DNA of 52,509 nucleotides from Parachlamydiales bacterium (GTDB lineage Bacteria; Chlamydiota; Chlamydiia; Chlamydiales; JAEYWL01): NCBI GenBank assembly GCA_020054065.1, contig JAGVLX010000019.1, positions 1 to 52,509 of the forward strand, read 5' to 3'. Shown piece by piece: positions 30,601 to 38,185 of this stretch (position 1 is its first letter; each line of letters starts with the position of its first letter). The notes under the pieces were generated by a model. It saw only the letters and a program-made list of their open reading frames with translations, ran no database searches and was not told where the DNA came from. The position numbers and the translations under genes were made by a program.

Positions 30601-32173
30601 TCAATTCTGCTTAGCAGAGACGGCTATCAGACGAATTTCACCTGCCTCGGTATTGCACCTGCCTTCTATGCCCGCGGATTTAGTGCGGTCAGGTCTCTAC
30701 ACGCTTACAGATATCCTGAAAACGATTAATTTTACTGCTCCCCAAAAACCAGGCTATGTTTCACCCCAATCGGATGAGAATGATATGCGCTTCATGTTGA
30801 GGCAAATGATCCGTTTAGTGAAAGGACGGCTGGAATATTCTGGCATCCCTAAGCAAAATCCGATGAGAGAAAAGTGGTATCTCAAATTTGAAGCGCTCTT
30901 ACGCAATTGTATCTTGATCATGCGGGATCGTTTCGAAGCGGCTTCAAACGAGAAAAAAGAATCTGTCTTAAAAGATAATCAAGCCATGGTCATCGAGATT
31001 GCTAAAATCGCAGGTTTTTGCGGGGCCCGTTGGGTAACAGAATTAAATACCGTTTTTGGCATTTTAACCGGCCGCTTAGATGTGTTGTTCGATGCGAATC
31101 TAGCGCATTCCCTCCATAAGCTTCTGGATATATATAAGAGGGGGATTTTGGAAGAGATGGCTAATGAAACACCGTCTGACACAGAATATCAGTCGTCGCA
31201 TGGGTTAATCTATTATATGCAAGCCTTATCGAAACGTGGCTATCTCATTCCGGAAGCCGAGTTAGCCGATTATGAAGATATCTATGATGCGCTTGGGAAA
31301 AGCGGCAAGTATAAAACCTTCGAAGATGTTGAGAAGAGATTTAGATCGCGGTTAACGGCTTCCTGCGGCGTGCGTACGATTCATTTAGAACTTAATCAAC
31401 GTATGTTAAATGAATCGCGTACGGTTATCCTAAATGATTTGAGAGAAATGGTGAGAGGTCGGAACGAGCTTCCCGAATTGGAACGATTGAAGAAGGAGTT
31501 TGAGGACGATTTGAATCAAATTAAAGCGAATCAAGCGAAAGAGTGCGCGCTGACGCCGAGCGAATTAGAAATATTGCACACGATTTCTAAGTTGAAGCGG
31601 AGCGAGTTTGCGGTCAAACCTGAATTCGCGCTTGAACGGACAGCAATCAAAATCTTAATCCAGACCAAACCTTCCCATGTCTTGACTTTTGCCAAAGAGT
31701 TCGATGCGCACCTCTTTGAAGGTGAAAAACGGAGGGAACAGCCGTTGACGGAAGAAGAAGTGAAGCTGATTCAACGTTTGCGTGAACAAAAGACAATTTC
31801 TGCAGAAGACAAGGGTAAGTTAACCGAGCTAGCGGCTGCTAAACCCTGCCACCTAGCCGTTCATGTGTGCGGAGGGGAGTGGATCTACCTTAAAATAGAT
31901 AAAGAGCCTTATTGCATGCCGAATCTCTTGAATCGGTTTGGATGGATTGTTGTTCCGTTTGCGAAGCAAATCGATGCCTTAAAAGAGCGGCATGCGAGTA
32001 TGGTTGAAGAAGTTTTAGATGAGGAATTGCTCAAAGAAGGGCTTCTACGCAAAGAAACCCGTGTGATGCAAAAACCGGGTTCGGATGAATGGATTTCTCA
32101 AGAAGTCAAGCTGCTGACCGTTCAGGGAACGTTGTTATTGGTCAGAAAATCGGGTCTGTTAGAAAAGAAATAG
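27692..32173 (+). CDS. 1493-aa paralogue 3; putative NEL-like E3 ligase domain effector
   Basis: Intact ORF; FCGARWVTEL..LFD..ILEEMANE..SSHGLIYY with Cys codon at 31019. Confidence 0.75.
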   Translation: MMNMHKIRTVEIHPDLADGNYHTQRFALKSHGIGVWQLIPIALADPSCQIITDIAKIAEIINSPKVEIVSSRAYLKLTRRINDLVYQYNGKNDQAHAATAVSILDRVPYVKQCVGWLLPSIPYPHTFTMQAMLNALSYHAGHLETLGCPSLDELRCQIQDLLRYCLCTQEEKSLLKDNLQLLETYLAWLGDPATTATTRDMVKGMTTAQFRERCFHIKRLADQSQSLCSSNSIGKAFSMLMSCKEAELFPELSAANVYLQADVNVIKSDLGMNSPHPVDVVTKLFEKALIPLTLTEQTRKRYDPSEIERIGQAIRKIESVYFSNIEAHLLGMVERFYNVTSEDLTYLVNWIDLYKAKFDPSVNIIEKFRKIKYFFTLRFKLTTLDKYFKKATSATIARQCDCAYEQLKELHRLYGEIVPHANKETANQWFKNVREMIIKRYEFLIAENMSPYIIAKDLNLGEFTEELEAMDSLDKGCALIAHTLKRLEVSEAQRLFLSSEEVQLIHSQRKALLNARVDWVLLCISKHVICPNAFHILSKLKSFMALAENSEVSADRCERMKAVVETYEPALKKLISDIGSVWDVTGFKTNDLNVLYGAILRLNGSCQAILKLHSELFPDEINPWVKFLKRTQKKYIDYLYDVLGATDIEQALYVATLTTPLFSTHQAEKSVGTIISVFNDFEGIMQSLNTRSEGLTRTTLDEIEKAKQTIQAAFDAWIARWVAHHMHTTLTPDEITADVFYFLTFMNQNFNEIEGELFKICFLQLYDKVRPVANRYLHVPVAADEYAIHFKTFLKDYFTRVASKKYGTKFLEDDQGMNSEDKCIYFSLNGIGPCILRAINPVNRQILAFFHPARLEELIHARRMYNRMHREISEWEGTPHPERIVFRKKEQLEEAARQNNVPPRFVVLYSNEHYQVFFNPRQTLTYQQILDKMKAQKPKDPSCAFIASLAQFEEVANRFNEQEQIEHLDHQFCLAETAIRRISPASVLHLPSMPADLVRSGLYTLTDILKTINFTAPQKPGYVSPQSDENDMRFMLRQMIRLVKGRLEYSGIPKQNPMREKWYLKFEALLRNCILIMRDRFEAASNEKKESVLKDNQAMVIEIAKIAGFCGARWVTELNTVFGILTGRLDVLFDANLAHSLHKLLDIYKRGILEEMANETPSDTEYQSSHGLIYYMQALSKRGYLIPEAELADYEDIYDALGKSGKYKTFEDVEKRFRSRLTASCGVRTIHLELNQRMLNESRTVILNDLREMVRGRNELPELERLKKEFEDDLNQIKANQAKECALTPSELEILHTISKLKRSEFAVKPEFALERTAIKILIQTKPSHVLTFAKEFDAHLFEGEKRREQPLTEEEVKLIQRLREQKTISAEDKGKLTELAAAKPCHLAVHVCGGEWIYLKIDKEPYCMPNLLNRFGWIVVPFAKQIDALKERHASMVEEVLDEELLKEGLLRKETRVMQKPGSDEWISQEVKLLTVQGTLLLVRKSGLLEKK

Positions 32174-32191
32174 TTCCCGTGCGGGAGTAAA

Positions 32192-32596
32192 TCAATTAAT
32201 CTGACTCATCAGATGGTGCATATCTAAATAGGCCCAATATTCAACGATTTTTGATCCCTTCACACGATATAAGGTCACTCCCGAATACGCAATCGGCTTA
32301 CCAGAAGCTTTGACTCCTTTAAACTCTCCCTGATGAGTGCCTTTGGCTTGCCACTGTACGGTAACCATTTCTCCATCGAGCAGAAACAAATTGTTGGTCA
32401 CTTGCAAATCAGGGAAACCCCCTATCCATTTTTCAACGATATGTTTCATCGATGCGATCCCTTTAAAATCGCCCAACGCGCTGTGAATTACAATCTCGGG
32501 ATGCAACAACTCATCCACCGCGCTCAAGTCTTGTTTATCCCAGATGCGGGTAGTATATTCACTCACTAGCTGTTTGGGGTTGCTATGAGATGGCAT
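32192..32596 (-). CDS. SnoaL-like ester cyclase (NTF2-like fold)
   Basis: FPDL, GTHQGEFKG..ASGK and KIVEYW motifs. Confidence 0.9.
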   Translation of the reverse strand: MPSHSNPKQLVSEYTTRIWDKQDLSAVDELLHPEIVIHSALGDFKGIASMKHIVEKWIGGFPDLQVTNNLFLLDGEMVTVQWQAKGTHQGEFKGVKASGKPIAYSGVTLYRVKGSKIVEYWAYLDMHHLMSQIN

Positions 32597-32661
32597 GATT
32601 TTTCCTTTGACTTCGGGTTTTCCAGTTAGGTAACGTTCCTAATATAACAAAAACCCACTTT

Positions 32662-34191
32662 ATGTTAAAAAGATCAGCGTTCTTTTCTTGTTTAATCTAC
32701 CTATCGGCCGGGGTCATCGCCATGAGTCACACATCTGTTTCAACCCAAAATGCAGACCGCATATCAAGGATTCGCTATCAATTTGAGAATGTGGGCGCCA
32801 TTTACAACGATTTTGCCCTTCGAAACCATATCCCGGGCTACGCGTATGGTCTCATCGTCGATGGAAAACTCGTCTCGTCCGGAAGCGGGGGCTTCATTAA
32901 TGTCGCGCAACAGATCCGAGCCACGCCGCAATCGATGTTTAGAATCGCCTCAATGACAAAAAGTTTTACCGCAATGGCGATTTTAAAATTACGCGATGAA
33001 GGCAAGCTGCGTTTAGATGATCCCGTTGCACTTTATATCCCCGAAATAAAAAACCAGCAGTTCACCCACGATACGCCGGCGATTACCATCCGCGATTTGC
33101 TCACTCATTCGGCAGGGTATCCCACCGATGATCCGTGGGCGGACCGTAGACTGGCAAACACCCCGGAAGAACTCATTTCTTTGCTTAAACGGGGAGTATT
33201 TTTTGCTCATGTGCCGGGGGTGGCGTTCGAATATAGCAACCTCGGTTATACCATGCTAGGCTATATCATTAACAAGGTCGCGGGGGTGCCTTACCAAGAA
33301 TATATCGCCAAACACATCTGGCAGCCATTGGGCATGCAAGACGCAGCCTGGGAATATAGCACCGTTTCCTCCAGCCAACTTGCACGCGGTTACCGGTGGG
33401 AAAATGAACAATGGTTGGAGGAACCCCTCTTGCATGATGGGATTTTTGGGGCGATGGGGGGAATGATCGCTTCAGTGGAATCGTTCAGCCGTTACATGGC
33501 TTTGCATCTATCGGCTTGGCCGCCGCGCAATGACGTGGAAACAGGCCCGGTTAAACGGAGCTCCATCCGGGAAATGCAGCAGCCATCAAGATTTAGCGAA
33601 TTGGTCCCGAATTTTAATTATCCGGATGGCCATAGCGGAGCGCAGGTCTCTGCTTATGGGTATGGATTACGTTGGATTCAGGATGATCAAGGGCGTGTGT
33701 ATGTGGGGCATAGCGGAGGGCTTCCCGGATTCGGCAGCAACTGGATGATCATGCCTGAATATGGCATCGGCGTGGTGATCTTGACAAACGGGACCTATCC
33801 TCCGACCCACTTGGCTAATCTCGCAGTGCTGCATGCGTTGGTCAGCAATGCCCGTCTAGAACCGCGGCCGCGTGAACCTTCACAGGTCTTGCAGCAGATG
33901 TATCAGCAATTGGTTAAGCTGCTACCCACCTGGGAGCGTGCGGAATCGAGCGGACTGTTTGCGCAAAACTTCTTTTTGGATACACCGGTCTCTCGTTTAA
34001 AACACGAGACGGAACCGTTATTTATCAAAGCGGGTGCGATTAAGCGCGTAGGGCCTTTGCAGCCTGAAAACCAAGCGCGCGGTTCATTTGATTTGGAAGG
34101 GGAACACGCCACCCTACAAGCTTACTTTGAGCTTTCGCCCGAGCATCAACCGTTAATTCAAAAATTCATCCTCAAAGAAATCGCTCGATAA
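32662..34191 (+). CDS. serine hydrolase, beta-lactamase class C/AmpC-like family, exported
   Basis: FRIASMTK (SxxK), LLTHSAG, YSN and GHSGG motifs; signal-like N-terminus. Confidence 0.92.
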   Translation: MLKRSAFFSCLIYLSAGVIAMSHTSVSTQNADRISRIRYQFENVGAIYNDFALRNHIPGYAYGLIVDGKLVSSGSGGFINVAQQIRATPQSMFRIASMTKSFTAMAILKLRDEGKLRLDDPVALYIPEIKNQQFTHDTPAITIRDLLTHSAGYPTDDPWADRRLANTPEELISLLKRGVFFAHVPGVAFEYSNLGYTMLGYIINKVAGVPYQEYIAKHIWQPLGMQDAAWEYSTVSSSQLARGYRWENEQWLEEPLLHDGIFGAMGGMIASVESFSRYMALHLSAWPPRNDVETGPVKRSSIREMQQPSRFSELVPNFNYPDGHSGAQVSAYGYGLRWIQDDQGRVYVGHSGGLPGFGSNWMIMPEYGIGVVILTNGTYPPTHLANLAVLHALVSNARLEPRPREPSQVLQQMYQQLVKLLPTWERAESSGLFAQNFFLDTPVSRLKHETEPLFIKAGAIKRVGPLQPENQARGSFDLEGEHATLQAYFELSPEHQPLIQKFILKEIAR

Positions 34192-34226
34192 GGGTTTTGA
34201 ATGTGCTGTTTTTTTCTTGTTTAATT

Positions 34227-34240
34227 ATACGTATACGTAT
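34227..34240. promoter_or_regulatory. perfect 14-bp palindrome, candidate MarR operator
   Basis: ATACGTATACGTAT lies 30 nt upstream of the VOC-EVE-MarR-GNAT unit. Confidence 0.55.
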
Positions 34241-34270
34241 TATATTGATGCGTACAATACAGGAGCTCTT

Positions 34271-34642
34271 ATGCAACCCAAACTCGATTTAATGGTGTTA
34301 TTTGTTTCAGATCCTTTAAAAAGCAGTGCGTTTTACAGCCGGCTATTTGGCAACAAACCGGTCGAGGAAGCACCGACGTTTGCGTTGTTTGCGCTAACCA
34401 ACGGCGTCCAACTTGGACTTTGGTCCAAACGGAGTGCTGAACCGGCTGTGCAAGTGACAGGCGGTGGATGTGAAATCTGTTTTCACACCGATCAGGTAGA
34501 CCAGTGTTACGAGCAATGGCAAGCCATGCAGATTCCGATGGCGCAAACTCCCATCGATATGGATTTTGGTCGGACGTTTGTGGCGTTAGATCCGGATGGG
34601 CACCGGATAAGGGTGTATCGTTTATGGGAGAATCAGGCATGA
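34271..34642 (+). CDS. VOC/glyoxalase-family drug-binding protein
   Basis: FVSD..KS..FY and MDFGRTFVALDPDGHRIRV; AGGAG SD. Confidence 0.9.
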   Translation: MQPKLDLMVLFVSDPLKSSAFYSRLFGNKPVEEAPTFALFALTNGVQLGLWSKRSAEPAVQVTGGGCEICFHTDQVDQCYEQWQAMQIPMAQTPIDMDFGRTFVALDPDGHRIRVYRLWENQA

Positions 34643-35073
34643 CCCACTATTGGATTGGAGTGGCGAGCCGCGAACATGTCTTGGGCGGGCAGGCCGGGGG
34701 GTTTATCCAAGTCTGCCATGGAAAATGCGGTCCCTTGAAGCGCATGGAGGCAGGGGACTGGATTGTGTATTACTCTCCCACATTGCGCTTTCAAGAAAGT
34801 GTGCCATGCAGTAAATTTACTGCTATCGGACAGATTTTAGAAAAGGACCCTTACCAATTCCGCATGAGTGATGATTTTGTGCCGTGGCGCCGCGATGTGC
34901 GATTCTATGCTGCGCATGAGGCGGACATTCAACCGTTGATTGGTCAGTTAACTTTCATTCACGATAAGCAGCGTTGGGGGGTTCCCTTTCGAAGAGGGTG
35001 TTTTGCAATCGATGAGGCCGATTTTCACTTCATTGCAGCGAATATGGGAGTGCCCATTGCAATGAAAAATTAA
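34639..35073 (+). CDS. EVE domain protein
   Basis: YWIGVASREHV..G...GF.QVCHGK, GDWIVYYSP and F.PWRR motifs; ATGA overlap. Confidence 0.9.
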   Translation: MTHYWIGVASREHVLGGQAGGFIQVCHGKCGPLKRMEAGDWIVYYSPTLRFQESVPCSKFTAIGQILEKDPYQFRMSDDFVPWRRDVRFYAAHEADIQPLIGQLTFIHDKQRWGVPFRRGCFAIDEADFHFIAANMGVPIAMKN

Positions 35074-35240
35074 CCACAGAGGCACAGAGATCACAGAGAT
35101 AGATAACAAAGATGACCAGGATATCCAGGATAGAGGAATGGATAAAAATCAATTATAGAATTATAAAGTTTAAATTGATTCAATTCATGAGAACTTTGTT
35201 ATTGATCTCTGTGAGCTCTGTGCCTCTGTGGTTAAATTTT
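35066..35240. repeat. MITE/REP-like element, AATTAACCACAGAG family, copy 3
   Basis: AAAAATTAACCACAGAGGCACAGAGATCACAGAGAT ... ATCTCTGTGAGCTCTGTGCCTCTGTGGTTAAATTTT. It contains the EVE stop codon. Confidence 0.9.
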
Positions 35241-35264
35241 TAAGTTAGCCCTTAGGAGCTGCGC

Positions 35265-35729
35265 TTGAAGAGTGATTTTGATTTTAACAAGAAGAGTGCC
35301 TTTAAAACGCCGGAAGAAAGCCCCGGCTTTTTGTTATGGCGCGCTAGTACGCTCTGGAGGCGCTCAATCGAAGCCGTTTTAAAGCCCTTGAATTTAACCC
35401 ATCCGCAATTTGTCATCCTGGCCGCAACAGCTTGGTTCACCCGCGGAAACAAGCACGTCAGCCAAGCGGCCATTGGCCGGCATGCTGGACTTGATCCCAA
35501 TACCACCTCGCAAATCTTAAGCGGCCTTCAGAAAAAAGGATTAATCGAACGGGTGCGGTCAGATGATGAACGGAGTAAATACCCAACCCCCACACCGCTA
35601 GGTAAACAACTTCTGGCAAAAGCGCTGCCAGCTGTCGAGAAAGCGGATGCCAAATTTTTCGAATCATTCGACAGCCGCTCTCCTTTGCTCCCCATTCTTT
35701 TTCAACTTGCCCACCAGGAGAATTCATGA
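35265..35729 (+). CDS. MarR-family transcriptional regulator
   Basis: SPGFLLWR, LTHPQFVILA and GLIERVRSDDERSK; TTG start after AGGAG. Confidence 0.92.
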   Translation: MKSDFDFNKKSAFKTPEESPGFLLWRASTLWRRSIEAVLKPLNLTHPQFVILAATAWFTRGNKHVSQAAIGRHAGLDPNTTSQILSGLQKKGLIERVRSDDERSKYPTPTPLGKQLLAKALPAVEKADAKFFESFDSRSPLLPILFQLAHQENS

Positions 35730-36232
35730 TCATCCGCGAAATGCAAGAAAGGGATGTAGAGCCATTGGTTGAACGGTTTTGTTTTCCGTGGAGCACTCCC
35801 GAACAGACCGAAAAAAAGTGGAAACTCTATTATGCCGAGCAAGAAAAAGGCATACGCACTGTGTATCTCATCGAAGAACAGCACCAGATTGCCGGATATG
35901 GAAGCTTGCTTTTTGAGTCCAACTACCCAGATTTTAACGCGAACGAGATCCCAGAAATTCATGACGTCTGGGTTCATCAAGACCAGCGCGGCAAAGGTTT
36001 TGGATCGGCATTACTCGCCCATGTGGAAAGCGCGGCAAAAAAACTTGGATATTCCTCGATTGGGCTGGGTGTGGGCCTGTATCGGGATTATGGGCATGCC
36101 CTGAGAATTTACGTCGATAATGGGTATCTTCCGGATGGAAAAGGGGCGACCTACCAGCTAAAACCAGTAACCCCTGGCGAGTCGTATCCGATGGACGATG
36201 AGCTCCTGCTCTGGTTCATCAAAACACTATAA
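35726..36232 (+). CDS. GNAT-family N-acetyltransferase
   Basis: V..DQRGKGFGSALL acetyl-CoA motif; GLGVGLY.DYG.A. Confidence 0.9.
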   Translation: MIIREMQERDVEPLVERFCFPWSTPEQTEKKWKLYYAEQEKGIRTVYLIEEQHQIAGYGSLLFESNYPDFNANEIPEIHDVWVHQDQRGKGFGSALLAHVESAAKKLGYSSIGLGVGLYRDYGHALRIYVDNGYLPDGKGATYQLKPVTPGESYPMDDELLLWFIKTL

Positions 36233-36318
36233 TTTTTTTATACGCCTAACACCTTGATCATAAACACGGTATATTTTACAATTTATGGGTTTATTTAAAC
36301 TAAGTATACTGTCACTCT

Positions 36319-37758
36319 ATGGAATCATCAGCTGCTTCACGAACGTCTCCGCCGGATTGGAAAATCATTCAGCGTCCTGAAAGCGTAATTAATTATCCCT
36401 CTGGGACTTATGTTGAGTTCACGAACCTAGAGGGAATCGTTGCCGGCTGGATCCGTGTCGAGGAAGTGACGTCCGAAACTAAACTGTCAGATCGCAAGAT
36501 TAAATTTGAAGAACAGGGTCGACGGTACCATGCTTCCTCCAGCGCCTATGCTTCGGTATGTGCTCTTACCGACAAGGAAGTAGAACAAGTTTTTAGTAAA
36601 CACGGCGATCCGCATGCGACCATGCAGCAAGTAGTGGTGCAACGCATGCTGTCAATCGTTAAAGAATATCTTACCTATAAGACGGCCATGCGGCGCATGG
36701 ACTGCGATGATCTTTACTCATTAAATGCTTGCTTCCAAGCTGCGCGCGTGATGTTATTTAACCGGAAGTTTCTCGAACAATACGGAAAAATGTACTTTGT
36801 TGATCCGCGGTTAAATAAGCTAATCATGAAACTAAAGATCACAAAGGAAAAAGAAATCTTGGGTTATCTGCCGCATTGCGTGTTCACCGGTCGGATTAAA
36901 GTTGTTAAGGCGGCGATAGATGTCCTAAATAAAAAAGGGGTTGTGGTGGAGAAACCCCGTAAAGATCTGCCTGGAGCCCATTATGTAGAATGGGTGAGTG
37001 AAATCAATTTTTTAAACGCGCTGATGGCAGCTAGAATAAATGGATGGAATTTGGAAGGTCTATATCTTCCGAACCGGCTCATTCATGGAAGCGCCAAAGA
37101 CAAACCGGATCAGAGACCTTCATCTCGGATCACAGGAGATTATATTCCCACGCTTTCCGTGTTTTTGCGCACCAATCCCTCCTTGGCAGACCGGATTAAA
37201 ATCATTTTTCAACTGGTAAAAGGGATCTATACGCTCCACACCATTTTTAAAACAGCCCACCATGATCTTACTCTAGAAAATGTTTTATGTGATGGAGAGG
37301 CAAAAATTTTCGATTATGGATGTGTCGTTTCCCTTTTATCAAGACGATCATGCAGCTTAGGAACATTCGGGTATGCTCCGCCGGAAATCCTTAAAAAGCC
37401 TACATCGACCCACCATGCTGCGTGGGATGCGTGGTGCTTGGGAGTTCTGATCATCGAAGTGATGACAGGTCTGCCACCGCTGGTGAAGACCCTGCAAGGC
37501 GATATTGAGACCTTTGATCAGGGTGTGTTTTTTAGACATCTACACACGCTGGAAAATTCTTCCTATCTGTCAATCATGACCCTGGCGGGAATCGCCAAGC
37601 AGCTTTTAAGAGAAGATCCGTTGGATCGTATGGGGATAGAGCAGTGTTTTTCATATATTTCTAGAATTTTTCATTCTGAATCGTATGAGGCGATGGTCGG
37701 CGACTTCAGCATATTTTTTAAGACAAATTCTTCGGTCGAACAGGAGAATGTAAGATGA
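36319..37758 (+). CDS. eukaryote-like Ser/Thr protein kinase (candidate effector)
   Basis: HHDLTLENVL, IFDYG, GTFGYAPPE, DAWCLG and DPLDR motifs. Confidence 0.85.
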   Translation: MESSAASRTSPPDWKIIQRPESVINYPSGTYVEFTNLEGIVAGWIRVEEVTSETKLSDRKIKFEEQGRRYHASSSAYASVCALTDKEVEQVFSKHGDPHATMQQVVVQRMLSIVKEYLTYKTAMRRMDCDDLYSLNACFQAARVMLFNRKFLEQYGKMYFVDPRLNKLIMKLKITKEKEILGYLPHCVFTGRIKVVKAAIDVLNKKGVVVEKPRKDLPGAHYVEWVSEINFLNALMAARINGWNLEGLYLPNRLIHGSAKDKPDQRPSSRITGDYIPTLSVFLRTNPSLADRIKIIFQLVKGIYTLHTIFKTAHHDLTLENVLCDGEAKIFDYGCVVSLLSRRSCSLGTFGYAPPEILKKPTSTHHAAWDAWCLGVLIIEVMTGLPPLVKTLQGDIETFDQGVFFRHLHTLENSSYLSIMTLAGIAKQLLREDPLDRMGIEQCFSYISRIFHSESYEAMVGDFSIFFKTNSSVEQENVR

Positions 37759-37970
37759 TTAAGCAAATCATAACCCACACACTAGCGACAGTAAGTTTCC
37801 TATCCGGATCTTTAGCGGCAAAAAATAGTTGGAATTTTGATTATCAAATGGTGCGCGATCAGATCAATCAAAAAATCATGTCGGTGGAAGCGGACACCCC
37901 TGAAGTTTTTAAGGTCGACACGTTAGCCGTTAATCGTTCTGAAAGAGTCACCCCACTGCGCATTTATTTA
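37755..37970 (+). pseudogene. probable 5' remnant of an exported alpha/beta hydrolase, truncated at a repeat
   Basis: A signal peptide is followed by PEVFKVDTLAV...TPLRIY, resembling the HSL-esterase 'PvRiY' strand. The frame then runs into repeat DNA. Confidence 0.5.
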
Positions 37971-38014
37971 TTTTCTCTGCGTTCTCTCTGTCACTGCGTC
38001 TCTGCGTTGAATTT
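37971..38014. repeat. solo right arm of a CTCTGCG-type repeat (related to the CTCTGTG family)
   Basis: TTTTCTCTGCGTTCTCTCTGTCACTGCGTCTCTGCGTTGAATTT; no left arm nearby. Confidence 0.65.
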
Positions 38015-38185
38015 ACTGCAAAATACTATAATTCCAACTCATTGTTATTTCCCGGTAGGGGGACTCCGTCATGCTTCGCTTTGTGTTGAATTGAATTTTG
38101 AAAAAAATCTTATGCTGAAAGGCATTGATGAAGTACTTAATGAAACATGCTCCTTTTAATTTCCAGTATGCTAGAATCAAATTCT

